DNA of 64,000 nucleotides from Rubripirellula sp. GTDB taxonomy: Bacteria; Planctomycetota; Planctomycetia; Pirellulales; Pirellulaceae. Position 1 is the first letter of the stretch, and every line of letters starts with the position of its first letter. The position numbers and the translations under genes were made by a program. Positions 9,227 to 19,766 of this stretch are shown here, in pieces. The notes under the pieces are model-generated. The model saw nothing but the letters and a program-made list of their open reading frames with translations. It ran no database searches and was not told where the DNA came from. The stretch lies in assembly GCA_965216875.1 (NCBI GenBank), contig OZ244207.1, positions 3,712,001-3,776,000 of the forward strand, read 5' to 3'.

Positions 9227-10827
9227 TAGTAGAAGGTCGACGCCGTTCGGATCCCGTAGGCCCGCGACTCGGCGTCGGCGGCAATGTACTTGGTGCGCCG
9301 GTAGCTTCCCTCGATCGCCAGTTCCCACCAATCAGTCACGTTCCAAATCGCATTGCACCAAGCCGCGTTGTTGAAACTGATTTGCCCGATTCCCGAATTG
9401 ACCGGATCAACGAAACCGATCTGAGAATTCTTGGGATTGTCGACGCCATAGCCGACGGCCGTCAAAAGTTTCGGTCGAGCGCGGTAGGTCATGTCGGCCC
9501 ACCACCCCATCGATTCAATCGCTTGCCCCGTGTCGGGGTTCAAACTTTGAAGGGTGGCTGCAAAGTAGGTCCCTGCGCCGCGTGCGTACCAAACCTCGCT
9601 GTGAAAACCGAAACGCGAACCATCCAATTGCAGGTCAATCGCGACGCCGCGTGTTGGTTCGACTTCCTGCCGAGCCAAAACGATGTTGCCGTTCGAGATG
9701 ATCGAATCGGCGACCGCTTGAACCTCGCCGAACACACCCGAGACTCCTAACTCGAACGGCCGCCCGAAGTCTTGCATTTTGCCAAGCTCAACACCGATCC
9801 GATACTCGATGTTGGGCCAGCCGTTGTCGGTGCCGCGGATTTGAGGGATGGCCGCAAAGTCAGTGATGTCTTGCTGGCCGATCCGCGCCGACCACGTCCA
9901 CTTGTGACAATCATTGAGCGTGATGAATCGATCAACATGAAACGCACCGCGGTAGATTCCGGTATTGCCAGCACCGCGAGCATTCAATTGGTCGACGGTT
10001 GTTGGATTGATGGGGCTAAACAGGTCGAGCATCCGTCCAAAGGCAAAACGCCACTCGTCGTTTTGAATCTCACCGTAGGCCAAGACAATGTTTGCGCCCG
10101 AGAAGTTGCGAAGCGGTTGCGCCCCCATGAAGTTCATTAGGAAAACACCGCCCGATTTCCAATCGCCAATCGATGGACCGGTCAACTTGAAGTTGATCTG
10201 GGACTGTTTGGCGTGAACCGTCGACGAGTCCTCGGCGACGCCAGGATTCTTGGGGTTAAGGAACACGGTCACCGCATCCGCGGTTTGAGCGGCTGACGAA
10301 TAGACAAATTCACCACGAAATCGACCGAAGGGAACGATTCGCCAATCCCCTTTTTGCCAAGCAATCGATTCTCTGCACAAATTGCAGACGGAGCCAGCAC
10401 CGACGCACGGTCGATACGTTCCATCGCAGACTCCACACGGGCATTGACCACAATCGGTCGCGGCGCAGGTCACGATCTTTCCGAATCGGCTCTCGAACAG
10501 ACTCGCTTGCTCGACCGACGGTGATGCGAGAACGGGAGGCTCGGATAGGCTGGGATCAGATGCGATCGGCTTGTGCAATTCAGCGCTGACTGAATCACCA
10601 TTTCCGTCATCCACATCCTTTGGTGCATTGGTCTCGGTTTCGGCCTGCTCGCGAAGTTTTGCCAATTCGGCTTCCGCGGCCTCGAGTCGCCGCAAGAGCT
10701 CATTGTTCGTCGGTGGTTCCGTGGGCGGCAAACGCATCGTCTGCGCCCAAGACGGCTGTGCCGCAGACGCCACGGCAATCGCAAGCGTTGCACAAAGAAG
10801 CAACAAGGTGTGAACTCGTCTGATCAT
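9223..10827 (-). CDS. Outer-membrane porin-like protein (DcaP-like architecture)
   Basis: Signal peptide from MIRRV, coiled coil (LLRRLEAAEAELAKLR), Cys-rich linker, barrel-like strands and C-terminal FYY. Confidence 0.7.
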   Translation of the reverse strand: MIRRVHTLLLLCATLAIAVASAAQPSWAQTMRLPPTEPPTNNELLRRLEAAEAELAKLREQAETETNAPKDVDDGNGDSVSAELHKPIASDPSLSEPPVLASPSVEQASLFESRFGKIVTCAATDCGQCPCGVCDGTYRPCVGAGSVCNLCRESIAWQKGDWRIVPFGRFRGEFVYSSAAQTADAVTVFLNPKNPGVAEDSSTVHAKQSQINFKLTGPSIGDWKSGGVFLMNFMGAQPLRNFSGANIVLAYGEIQNDEWRFAFGRMLDLFSPINPTTVDQLNARGAGNTGIYRGAFHVDRFITLNDCHKWTWSARIGQQDITDFAAIPQIRGTDNGWPNIEYRIGVELGKMQDFGRPFELGVSGVFGEVQAVADSIISNGNIVLARQEVEPTRGVAIDLQLDGSRFGFHSEVWYARGAGTYFAATLQSLNPDTGQAIESMGWWADMTYRARPKLLTAVGYGVDNPKNSQIGFVDPVNSGIGQISFNNAAWCNAIWNVTDWWELAIEGSYRRTKYIAADAESRAYGIRTASTFYY

Positions 10828-11113
10828 CGCATTCGCTTTGAAACCAATGTAGGGAATGTCGGGGTTATGGCAGACGCCCCCGTTCTCGTATCGAACGATC
10901 GTCCCTCGATTGTCACGTTCGGTTGTGACATCTACGCCGGTTGCACCACCTGGCGTTCGGCTTGTAACGGTTGTGACGATCCAGTCGCATCCAAGTTTCA
11001 CGAGAAAGCCGTGAAACGAGATCAGCGTTGACGCCCGCGCACCTCCTTCCTTAGAAGCTCGTAAGCGAAATCCGTCCAATCCAAGGCTTCCATCCCTTCC
11101 AGGCCAGTTTCAG

Positions 11114-12337
11114 ATGCCAAGCAAATCGCCAACCATCGCCGCGTTCACCCCCTGGGTCGGTCAACCGTGCAACGTCTGGATGCACCGCCAGTTTGCTGGC
11201 CTGTCTGATCAATTGAAAACGATCATCACCTGGGAATACATCAACCAAGATCAGTTTCCGTTGCCGGGTGTCGATGTCACGATCGTCCCCAAGGCCTTTG
11301 ACGACCAATTGAAAGGCTGGCGTCGAATGGTCGATTCGATCGTCACGCCGCGCACTGGCGGCGAAAGGTTCGGAGCAGGGTTCACGCGTTGGATGCGACA
11401 AAAATTCAAACAATCCGGCACCGAAGCAGTGCTGGGCCAATTCGGACACTACGCGATGATGGCTGAAGTCGCATGCCGCCCAATGGGCATTCCAACGTTT
11501 GCACACTTCCACGGTTTCGACATCAGCACGCGACTGGGCAAGAAGCGTTACCGTCAATCACTCGAACGAGGCTGGCACAACTTTGCCGGCGTCATCGTTG
11601 TCGCCGAATACCAACGCCAAACGCTGCTTGAGCTGGGCTTTGACCGTGACTCCATCGCTTTGATCCCCTGTGGCGCACCGACCTCCGAAATCGCTGCTGA
11701 AGTTGCCCAATACCGAACCGCCGCTCCGCGAGACCACCAAGGCTGTCGCTTCCTGTTCGTGGGCCGTTTCACGGAAAAGAAAGACCCGATGTCCGTGCTG
11801 AAAGCGTTTCAGCGCTGCCACTTTGAACATCCCGAATCGAAACTGATCCTGGCTGGCTTTGGCCCGCTTCAGGAATCTTGCGAGCAGTGGATCCAAGGCC
11901 AGTCGCCTGAGTTCGCGGCGGCTGTCGAGTTCCCCGGAACGCTTTCGCCAACCGAAGTGAAACAAGCAATGGCTCGAGCCGATGTTCTCGTTCAACACTC
12001 GCGCACCGCGCCCAATGGTGACAAAGAGGGCTGGCCCGTGTCGATTGGCGAAGCGATGGCCGCCGGCTTGCCGATCGTTGCCACGCGCCACGCCGGAATC
12101 GTTGATCAGGTCGTCGAAGGCCACAATGGCTATTTGTGCGATGAAGGCGACTGGGAACAGATGGGAATCGACATGACGCGGCTCGCCTCGGATCGAAAGC
12201 TGCAACGCCAAATGGGCGAAGCCTCCCACCAACGGGCAGTGGAATACGATTCCAAGGATCAGATCGAGAGAATGCGACGCTTCATCAACGAACGCGTCTC
12301 GCTGTGGCACCAAGGCAGCCGTCGCGCCGCAGCATAG
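11114..12337 (+). CDS. Glycosyltransferase family 4 (WcaL-like)
   Basis: HFHGFD, FLFVGRFTEKK, EGWPVSIGEAMAAGLPIVATRHAGI (E-x7-E motif). Confidence 0.92.
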   Translation: MPSKSPTIAAFTPWVGQPCNVWMHRQFAGLSDQLKTIITWEYINQDQFPLPGVDVTIVPKAFDDQLKGWRRMVDSIVTPRTGGERFGAGFTRWMRQKFKQSGTEAVLGQFGHYAMMAEVACRPMGIPTFAHFHGFDISTRLGKKRYRQSLERGWHNFAGVIVVAEYQRQTLLELGFDRDSIALIPCGAPTSEIAAEVAQYRTAAPRDHQGCRFLFVGRFTEKKDPMSVLKAFQRCHFEHPESKLILAGFGPLQESCEQWIQGQSPEFAAAVEFPGTLSPTEVKQAMARADVLVQHSRTAPNGDKEGWPVSIGEAMAAGLPIVATRHAGIVDQVVEGHNGYLCDEGDWEQMGIDMTRLASDRKLQRQMGEASHQRAVEYDSKDQIERMRRFINERVSLWHQGSRRAAA

Positions 12338-12386
12338 CCAACTCAGCATAGGCGACTCAGCATAGCCAACTCGGCATCGCTAACTC
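12331..12386. repeat. 14-bp tandem repeat x4 overlapping the GT4 stop codon
   Basis: AGCATAGCCAACTC / AGCATAGGCGACTC / AGCATAGCCAACTC / GGCATCGCTAACTC. Confidence 0.85.
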
Positions 12387-12658
12387 GGCGTCCCTGAGAT
12401 GATGGCGCGTTTTCTGGCAGTTGGTCCGATCGTAACGATTTGCCCGCCAGGATCGGGGCAGCTTCCTCAGCCCCTTGAATTGCCGCCGACGCCACGTCCG
12501 GAGTTGAGCTAGACTTTGGTTGGCGAATTGGTCAAGGCACTACAATGCTGCGACCAAATTCAACCCATCGAGTCTTTTCCAACACGCGGCGAATGTCCCT
12601 TCGTCGCATACCGTGTTTTCAATCGCCGGTCGGGACACCGGGTACAGGGGCGGCAGCC

Positions 12659-12865
12659 ATGCCAGAAGATCAATACGAAAGCCTGATCGTTCTGCTCGAG
12701 GAACGCGGGCACTCGACCGCCGAGATCGACAAAATCATCAACAAGGTTCGTGAGTACGACAACAAGACTCAACACGACTCGGTGATGGATTCGATCGGTT
12801 CAGGATCGATGAACCTTGACGACCTTGTCGCCGACGCCTTGGGCGAGAAATCGGCCGAATCCTAG
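12659..12865 (+). CDS. Small acidic hypothetical protein (68 aa)
   Basis: MPEDQYESLIVLLEERGHS...DSVMDSIGSG, helical-looking with normal codon use. The upstream part of the ORF-track call looks non-coding. Confidence 0.7.
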   Translation: MPEDQYESLIVLLEERGHSTAEIDKIINKVREYDNKTQHDSVMDSIGSGSMNLDDLVADALGEKSAES

Positions 12866-12990
12866 GGAATAGCCGTACTGGGGTCGGACGCAAAGTCCGG
12901 GGAGGGAATGCGACTAAACAATACAAACCCTCTCCGGGCCTTAGAGCCCGACTCTCCCAAGGGAGAGTGTTAACGTGCAGCCTGTGCCGA

Positions 12991-13860
12991 TCACGATCCT
13001 TGCACAGTACCGACGAGCAGGCGGTATTGCGAGGGTGTCATGTCTCGGTATTTGCGAAACGCTCGATTGAATGTCGTGAGTTCACGGAAACCGCAATCGA
13101 GTGCGATCTCAATGATCGAATGATCGGTGGTCCCGAGCAACTCGCATGCGCGGCTGACACGAACATCCGCAACGAACTCTTGGAACGTCATGCCTGTGTG
13201 GGCCTTAAAGAACCTCGAAAACCCGCTCCCGCTCATGTGAACGACGTCCGCAACCGCGTCACGCGTCAACTCTTCGTGAGCATGATCGTTGATAAAGTCA
13301 CAAGCACGTCGCAATCGTTCCACTTCGAGCTGAGCCGCCATCGGTTGGTAGCCCGTACTGCACAGTGTCCGGAGCTCCTGCGACTCTGCCATCGCATTGA
13401 GCAACTCGAGCAAACCAATGATGCGTGGCAGACCGCTTTGACTGGCAAGTCGATCGATCTTTCCGGCCAAACTCTCGCGCAACTCTCCATGGGCCTGCAG
13501 ACCCTGCGACGCTCGCGTGAGCAACAGGCGGACGTCTCTTAGCTCGGGGCGTTCGAGCCAATCGCTCCCAAGGACCGCCGTGTCAAAATGCACAACGGTG
13601 GCGTTGATACGGCTGCTCGAATTCGTTTCATAGCGCCAAACGTGAGGCAAGTTCGACCCGAGCAAGATCACCTCGCCTTGTTCGATCGGGCACAGACGAT
13701 CGCCAATCAATCGTTGTCCTTCGCCACTCGCAACGTGACAGAGTTGCAACTCGGGATGAAAGTGCCACGAACAACCCGAATAATTTTCGTCAACGGTGAT
13801 CACGCGCACCGATTCATCGGGACGCTGTGGCGATGCAAACAAGTGGGGCAGACTCTTCAT
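12991..13860 (-). CDS. AraC family transcriptional regulator with cupin domain
   Basis: WHFHPELQL...LPHVW cupin domain and C-terminal FSRFFK...IALDCGF....FNRAFRK...TPSQYR. Confidence 0.93.
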   Translation of the reverse strand: MKSLPHLFASPQRPDESVRVITVDENYSGCSWHFHPELQLCHVASGEGQRLIGDRLCPIEQGEVILLGSNLPHVWRYETNSSSRINATVVHFDTAVLGSDWLERPELRDVRLLLTRASQGLQAHGELRESLAGKIDRLASQSGLPRIIGLLELLNAMAESQELRTLCSTGYQPMAAQLEVERLRRACDFINDHAHEELTRDAVADVVHMSGSGFSRFFKAHTGMTFQEFVADVRVSRACELLGTTDHSIIEIALDCGFRELTTFNRAFRKYRDMTPSQYRLLVGTVQGS

Positions 13861-14041
13861 GGTGTCCCATGCTAGCCGACTATCGCCGGCTTTGCGCGGC
13901 AATTCCTGCAACGAATCACCTAATGCCCAGCCGCCGTCACGAAGTGCCCAGATCTTTCGTCCGTGCCCGTTACCATAGGCGTCACTTGGCTTTCCATCCG
14001 TTTGCAGCCACAGACCCTACTGCTCGTCTCTGGACACCATC

Positions 14042-14770
14042 ATGACCAACCGCCTTCTACCGCTATGCCTGCTTCTGTTGACAACACCCTTTGTGCAAGC
14101 CCAGCAAAGTGACAAAGAGGCAGCAGAGTTCGTGGCGTTGTTCGATGGCAAGACACTCGAAGGCTGGGAAGGCGACGATCGGTTTTGGCGTGTCGAAGAG
14201 GGTGCGATCGTTGGGCAGACCACTGCCGATGTTACGACAAAGAAGAACACATTTCTGGTTTACGACGAGCGTGAGTTTGGCGACTTTGAGCTACGGTTTT
14301 CTTATCGCGTCACCGGTGGCAACTCGGGGATCCAATACCGCAGCGAACTGCTGAGCAAATGGGTCGTCAAAGGACTACAAGCCGATTTCGAAGACAAAAT
14401 GCATAATGGACAAGACAAGTTCTCAGGCATGTTCTTCGAAGAAAACGGCCGCATGTTCATGGGGCAACGCGGCGACGTGGTGATTGTTCGAGCCAACCAC
14501 GACAAACCCAACAAACCGATCATCGAGAAGATTGCGACGGTCGGAAACGGCGAGGCTCTTGAAAAGAACATCCGACGCGACGGCTGGAACGACTACATCA
14601 TCATCGCGCGAGGCAACGTCTTCTTGCACATCATCAATGGACACGTGATGTCGATTGGTATCGATGAAGACTCGCTCAACGCCAAGAAGTCGGGCATCAT
14701 TGCCTGGCAGCTACATGCCGGCCCACCGCTCAAGATCGAAATGAAAGACATTCGGATTCGCCAGCTCTAG
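14042..14770 (+). CDS. DUF1080 (3-keto-disaccharide hydrolase family) secreted protein
   Basis: Signal peptide, LFDGKTLEGW, FGDFEL, NSGIQYRS, WN.Y.I, GIIAWQLH. Confidence 0.9.
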   Translation: MTNRLLPLCLLLLTTPFVQAQQSDKEAAEFVALFDGKTLEGWEGDDRFWRVEEGAIVGQTTADVTTKKNTFLVYDEREFGDFELRFSYRVTGGNSGIQYRSELLSKWVVKGLQADFEDKMHNGQDKFSGMFFEENGRMFMGQRGDVVIVRANHDKPNKPIIEKIATVGNGEALEKNIRRDGWNDYIIIARGNVFLHIINGHVMSIGIDEDSLNAKKSGIIAWQLHAGPPLKIEMKDIRIRQL

Positions 14771-14847
14771 AACAAAATGCGAGGGTTTGTCCTTCGTCGC
14801 TTCACGGTGCCCATTCTCGCTTCCCCACACGCCAACAGCATTTCCTC

Positions 14848-17800
14848 ATGTGTCGCTACGTTGTCATCGCGCTGATCTCCATTGCTCTCCCAAGCACATT
14901 AATAGGCCAAACGACACCGCCGGCTGAAATCGGACTCTCTGCCTCAAGGCTGGACAACATCACCGAGTACCTTCAACGGCAATGTAACGAAGGCCGAGTC
15001 GCGGGAGCGGTTGCTGCGGTTTCTCGGTATGGCCGAATCGGCTACTTGCAAGCCGTTGGCAAACACGATCTCGCAACGAACGCGCCCATGCACACCGACT
15101 CGCTTTTTCGTATCGCGTCGATGACCAAAGCGATCACCAGCGCTGCGGTGATGAGTCTTGTTGAAGACGACGCGATCTCGCTCGATGACCCGCTGAGCAA
15201 ACACCTTCCCGAATTCGCGCATTTGCGATTGTTGGATGGATCAAAACTCACTCGTCAACCAACGATTCACGATCTGCTGACTCATCGTTCCGGCTTGACC
15301 TATGGTTGGTTCGGCCCCGAAGAGCTTGACGCGATCTACGGGCGCGACCGCATCAACCACCTCTTCGAACCGACACCCGAGACGATCGGCGACCGGGTCG
15401 AGAAGATTGCCGATGTCCCACTCAAGTTCCAACCCGGCACAGCCTGGGATTACGGCGTTTCGACCGACGTGCTCGGTCGTGTCGTGGAAGTCGCCTCGGG
15501 GCTCACGCTCGAGCAATTTTTCCGCGAGCGTTTTTTCCGTCCCCTCAAAATGCTCGACACCTATTTTTATGTGCCAACAGAAAAACAACAGCGCCTCGCT
15601 GGGCTGTACACCTTGGACGATGACCAACGCTTGGTCGCCGTGGGTGACGAGCCCATTGAAGTTGGCTTCTTTCGCTTCTCGGCCGACTATTGCACACGCC
15701 CCGGAAAGTTCTATTCCGGCGGTGGTGGTCTCGTTTCTTCGACCAACGACTACCTCCGCTTTCTGCATATGCTCCTGCGAGGTGGCGAACTCGATGGCGT
15801 GCGCGTGTTGAAACGAGAAACCGTGTCGATGATGACGCAAAACCAAATCGGCGACCTTTCGATCTACTTCCCTGGGCACGGCGACGGCTTTGGTTTCGGG
15901 TTTGGCGTCGTCACCGACCGTGGCGCCGACGCCGATGAACTCTCTGTCGGCAGTTACTCATGGGGCGGAATCTTCAACACCTATTTCTGGGTTGATCCAC
16001 AGGAGCAACTCGTTGGTCTGCTGATGACGCAGGTGTTCCCCAACGATCATCTGGGTATTCGCGACGGATTCCGAAAACGCGTTTACAGCGCGATCGACGA
16101 CTCAGGGTTCGAGAAACTTTATCACTACCAACCGGGCGACGAACACGCGAACCCTCATTTCAACGGTCGGCAGTTGCGAGTCAACGCGGCGGAGGTATCC
16201 GTCCATCCCGACTTCGCCGCGCGTAGCGAACCGCGTTCGAGCGGAATGGCGAGGATCTTGATCGAAGAAGACCTGCGCACGCTTCGTCGAGCCGACCTTG
16301 ATCTCGAAGTGTGGGGCGGTCATCCGGGTACTGCAAACAAGCGAGTGACCATCAACGGACGCAGCACGCACGCTTTTCCTGATGTTGGCACTGCGCATCA
16401 CAACTGCACGCACGAGTACCCGTCGTTCAATCTACGCCCCATCGATCTCGTCAATGGCTACAACTCGTTGCAGTTTGCATGTGATACCGGCGAGACCTTT
16501 TGGGGCCACTACATCGTCGACGACGCAACGCTTCGAATAGGACTACAACCGGACGATCCTCGTTTGAAAGAAGCCGAGCTCGAAAGTTTCGGAGCTCGGG
16601 TCACGGTCCTGCCTTTTGCTGACCGCGATGGCTACGCGCTCAAACTGGATGTGACCGACAGATTCCGTGATCGCATCGCCGATGTCCGTTTTGAGGCCCG
16701 CTGCTTCGACTATGACCACGACGGTGACGGCTGGCGAAACGATTGGCGCCCGCTCGCCAGCTCGGTGGCACCCACATCGGCGGTCGCAAAGTTCGGCCAA
16801 GAGGGTCGCGCCTTGGCATTCTCGACGGAACTCTTGCCGGCCCAACAGCGTGTGCAGTTTCGAGCGTTTGTCACGTTCAAGGACACGCCTGACATTCGTT
16901 ATCGGACTCCCGCAACACATGCCCATACGATTGCCGCGCGCGAAGGCGAACGGGTGCAGTTGTTCGAGGCGAGTGACTTGCCTTCGCCTTTCTGGTCAAG
17001 AGACTCCAACGCCAAGGAGTGTGTGATCGAGCTCGACGTTGATCCCCAATCGATCACCGCTGCCCAGCTGCACGTTGTCGCCTGGACGGGCGGTGCAGGA
17101 AACGTCGCCGACTATTTCACACTCAATGGCAAGCCGCTCCCAATCGCCGATGGGCACGACCACCAAACCGTCTACTCGCGCATCACAATCGATCCCGCTT
17201 TGCTTCGGCGTGGAAAAAACGAGATTCGTTTGCTTTCCGATACCAAACACCATGGCATCGAAATCATGCTGCCCGGCCCCGCTTTGATGGTTCGACACAC
17301 GACCTCACCCGCCACCGAGGAGTCCGCTGGCGTCTCGATCGACAATGACAAAATTCACTCGCTCGACTGTTACCGCATCAAGACTCCCACGGCGACCTAT
17401 TACCTGGACAAGATTGGCGCCGGGCTGGCAGCGTTGGTTGACCGCGACGGCAAAGATTGGCTCAGTTTCAATCCCAAGCGAGGCAGCGGCGCGGGCGGAG
17501 AATACCGCGGTTTCCCCAACGCTGTGTTCAAGGAAGCGGGCAGTTACTTCCACGCTCGCAACGCAGGGACGGCCCCTTGCTCCACCACGATCATTGAAGA
17601 CTCACCCAACCGAGTCGTGATCGGCGCAAAGGCGGACAACGGAAAATGGGCAGGGAAGTACGTCTTCACGCCAACGGAATGCACGTTTGTGATGACTCAA
17701 AAACCGCCCCACCACAACTATTGGGTGCTTTACGAAGGAACACCGGGTGGAACCTACAACCATGACGATTGGTGGATGACGGCGACCGATGCGACCAAAC

Positions 17801-19668
17801 ACCCGATGACCGAAAACCACATGGGCGACCTTCCGGCGACGAAGGGTCATGAGTGGATTGCTTTCGGCGACCCGAACTCGCCTCGCATGCTCGTGCTCAC
17901 AAGCGATTCAGATGATTCGCACCCGGACCGTTTCTATCAGATGGAAGAAAAGATGACGGTGTTCGGCTTCGGACGAGCGGGAATGACGAAGCATCTTGCA
18001 ACGGTCCCCCAAAGCTTCTCGATCGCATTGGTCGAATCGACCAAGCACTCCGATGCGATTGCGTTTGTCAGCCGGAACACGGCAGCTGCAACCGACAACA
18101 CCAGTGGCATAGCCGATCAAGAAGCGAACGCAAACCGCCTGGCAAAGCTCGCGCTCAGTCGAACGGGCAGCCCCCAAAGGGGCGCAAAACTGTTCGCCGA
18201 CAAACGAACCAAATGTGCAACCTGTCATCGCGTCGGAAAGGTTGGCGGTCAAGTTGGACCAGACCTTAGCAACATTGGTGGCAAATTCGACCGAACACAT
18301 TTGATCGATTCGCTACTGTTCCCCTCGCGTCAAATTGGATACGGCTATGAAACCACGACTGTGCTCACTGTCGACGGCCAGAGTATCAGTGGCATCGCCA
18401 AGGAACAAACCGAGACCCACATCACGTTGGTCGATGCAAACAACAAGCCGGTACGTATTGCGAAGCAATCGATCGAACGCACGAGAGTCTCAAAGACTTC
18501 GATCATGCCAAGCGGATTGGAACAAGAACTTTCTGAGCAAGAGTTCGTTGATTTGGTCAGCTACTTGGAAACACTGGGACGCGGCAACGGAAAGTTTGGC
18601 AGCGGAGTCACCGGCCCAGTGAAATTGCCAGAGGGTTTCGAGTTGACGACCATCGCCACCGGACTCTCAGGGGCCGTTGCAATGGATGTTGCCCCGGATG
18701 GACGCATCTTCGTGTGCGAACAGGGCGGTGCATTGCGCGTGATCGACCCCGTGAAGGGTCTCTTGCCCGATCCCGTTGTCACGATCCCTGTCGAAATGAA
18801 TTGGGAACGCGGGCTGATCGGAGTCACGTTCGCGGACGATTTTGCTGAGAACCCTTATGTCTACGTCGTCTATGTCGCCAGCCAACCGCATACACACCAT
18901 CGCATCAGCCGCTTTCGCGTCGACGGCAATGCCGCGGTGAAGGGCAGCGAAGAGATTCTTTTTCGTGGCGATGACCAGAGTCAATTTGGTGGCAACGTTC
19001 CAGCTGGACACCAGGGCGGAGGAATCCATTTCGGCCCCGACGGAAAACTGTACGTCGGGCTGGGTGAACAAACGGCCGGAAAACCAGCTCAGCAATTCGA
19101 TGCCCTGCAAGGCAAGATCCTTCGAATCAACCGCGACGGCTCGATCCCCAACGACAATCCGTTCCAAAGCAAAACGAAGGGGAAATACAAGTCCATTTGG
19201 GCGACCGGTTGTCGTAACCCCTTCACCTTTGCATTCAGCAGGTCTGGGGACATGTTGATCAACGACGTTGGCGGAAAATTCGAAGAGATCAACCGAGGCG
19301 TTGCGGGGGCCAATTACGGATGGCCAAACGTCGACCACGGCCCGACCAATCGCAAAGGGATCACGGCGCCGATTCATAGCTACCCGCAAAGCTGCATCAA
19401 TGGCGGTGACTTCTGTGGCTCGGACCGCTGGCCCGAATCTTTCCAGGGCAAATACTTCTTTGCAGACTTCAATCAAGGCTGGGTTAAAACGATCGATCCG
19501 CGATCCCCGAATCCGTCCCGCGATTTCCTAAGTGGGATTCGTCGCCCGGTCGACTTGCGATTCAGTCCCGACGGCGGCCTGTATGTCTTGTTGCGAAACG
19601 CCTGGGTCGTTGACAAGAACTTCGAAGGGGGTACGGGTGCCGTTGTGAGAATCTCGCCAACGCGTTGA
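14848..19668 (+). CDS. Secreted multidomain protein: beta-lactamase-like serine hydrolase, unassigned beta-domains, heme-c domain and glucose/sorbosone (PQQ-type) dehydrogenase
   Basis: SMTK, LLTHRSG and YSWGG in the N-terminal part. CATCH...GPDLSNIG...SIMPSG at about 18214. APDGRIFV, HQGGGIHFGPDGKLYV, GKILRI and G.RNPF in the C-terminal part. Confidence 0.88.
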   Translation: MCRYVVIALISIALPSTLIGQTTPPAEIGLSASRLDNITEYLQRQCNEGRVAGAVAAVSRYGRIGYLQAVGKHDLATNAPMHTDSLFRIASMTKAITSAAVMSLVEDDAISLDDPLSKHLPEFAHLRLLDGSKLTRQPTIHDLLTHRSGLTYGWFGPEELDAIYGRDRINHLFEPTPETIGDRVEKIADVPLKFQPGTAWDYGVSTDVLGRVVEVASGLTLEQFFRERFFRPLKMLDTYFYVPTEKQQRLAGLYTLDDDQRLVAVGDEPIEVGFFRFSADYCTRPGKFYSGGGGLVSSTNDYLRFLHMLLRGGELDGVRVLKRETVSMMTQNQIGDLSIYFPGHGDGFGFGFGVVTDRGADADELSVGSYSWGGIFNTYFWVDPQEQLVGLLMTQVFPNDHLGIRDGFRKRVYSAIDDSGFEKLYHYQPGDEHANPHFNGRQLRVNAAEVSVHPDFAARSEPRSSGMARILIEEDLRTLRRADLDLEVWGGHPGTANKRVTINGRSTHAFPDVGTAHHNCTHEYPSFNLRPIDLVNGYNSLQFACDTGETFWGHYIVDDATLRIGLQPDDPRLKEAELESFGARVTVLPFADRDGYALKLDVTDRFRDRIADVRFEARCFDYDHDGDGWRNDWRPLASSVAPTSAVAKFGQEGRALAFSTELLPAQQRVQFRAFVTFKDTPDIRYRTPATHAHTIAAREGERVQLFEASDLPSPFWSRDSNAKECVIELDVDPQSITAAQLHVVAWTGGAGNVADYFTLNGKPLPIADGHDHQTVYSRITIDPALLRRGKNEIRLLSDTKHHGIEIMLPGPALMVRHTTSPATEESAGVSIDNDKIHSLDCYRIKTPTATYYLDKIGAGLAALVDRDGKDWLSFNPKRGSGAGGEYRGFPNAVFKEAGSYFHARNAGTAPCSTTIIEDSPNRVVIGAKADNGKWAGKYVFTPTECTFVMTQKPPHHNYWVLYEGTPGGTYNHDDWWMTATDATKHPMTENHMGDLPATKGHEWIAFGDPNSPRMLVLTSDSDDSHPDRFYQMEEKMTVFGFGRAGMTKHLATVPQSFSIALVESTKHSDAIAFVSRNTAAATDNTSGIADQEANANRLAKLALSRTGSPQRGAKLFADKRTKCATCHRVGKVGGQVGPDLSNIGGKFDRTHLIDSLLFPSRQIGYGYETTTVLTVDGQSISGIAKEQTETHITLVDANNKPVRIAKQSIERTRVSKTSIMPSGLEQELSEQEFVDLVSYLETLGRGNGKFGSGVTGPVKLPEGFELTTIATGLSGAVAMDVAPDGRIFVCEQGGALRVIDPVKGLLPDPVVTIPVEMNWERGLIGVTFADDFAENPYVYVVYVASQPHTHHRISRFRVDGNAAVKGSEEILFRGDDQSQFGGNVPAGHQGGGIHFGPDGKLYVGLGEQTAGKPAQQFDALQGKILRINRDGSIPNDNPFQSKTKGKYKSIWATGCRNPFTFAFSRSGDMLINDVGGKFEEINRGVAGANYGWPNVDHGPTNRKGITAPIHSYPQSCINGGDFCGSDRWPESFQGKYFFADFNQGWVKTIDPRSPNPSRDFLSGIRRPVDLRFSPDGGLYVLLRNAWVVDKNFEGGTGAVVRISPTR

Positions 19669-19766
19669 CGGCAGACGACGTGAATATCCAGTAGATTATT
19701 GAGTGCTTTTTGAACGGACCCACCATCGCGTTTGGTCCGCACCTTTTCTCTGGTCATTCACAAACG

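Noticed and set aside
550..12337. Exopolysaccharide biosynthesis cluster (sugar transferase plus GT4)
   Set aside because: The two genes are about 10 kb apart, separated by unrelated genes, with no flippase, polymerase or export genes.
14848..16100. Beta-lactam resistance gene
   Set aside because: It is an SxxK serine hydrolase of the broad esterase-like family embedded in a multidomain protein. Nothing supports true beta-lactamase activity.
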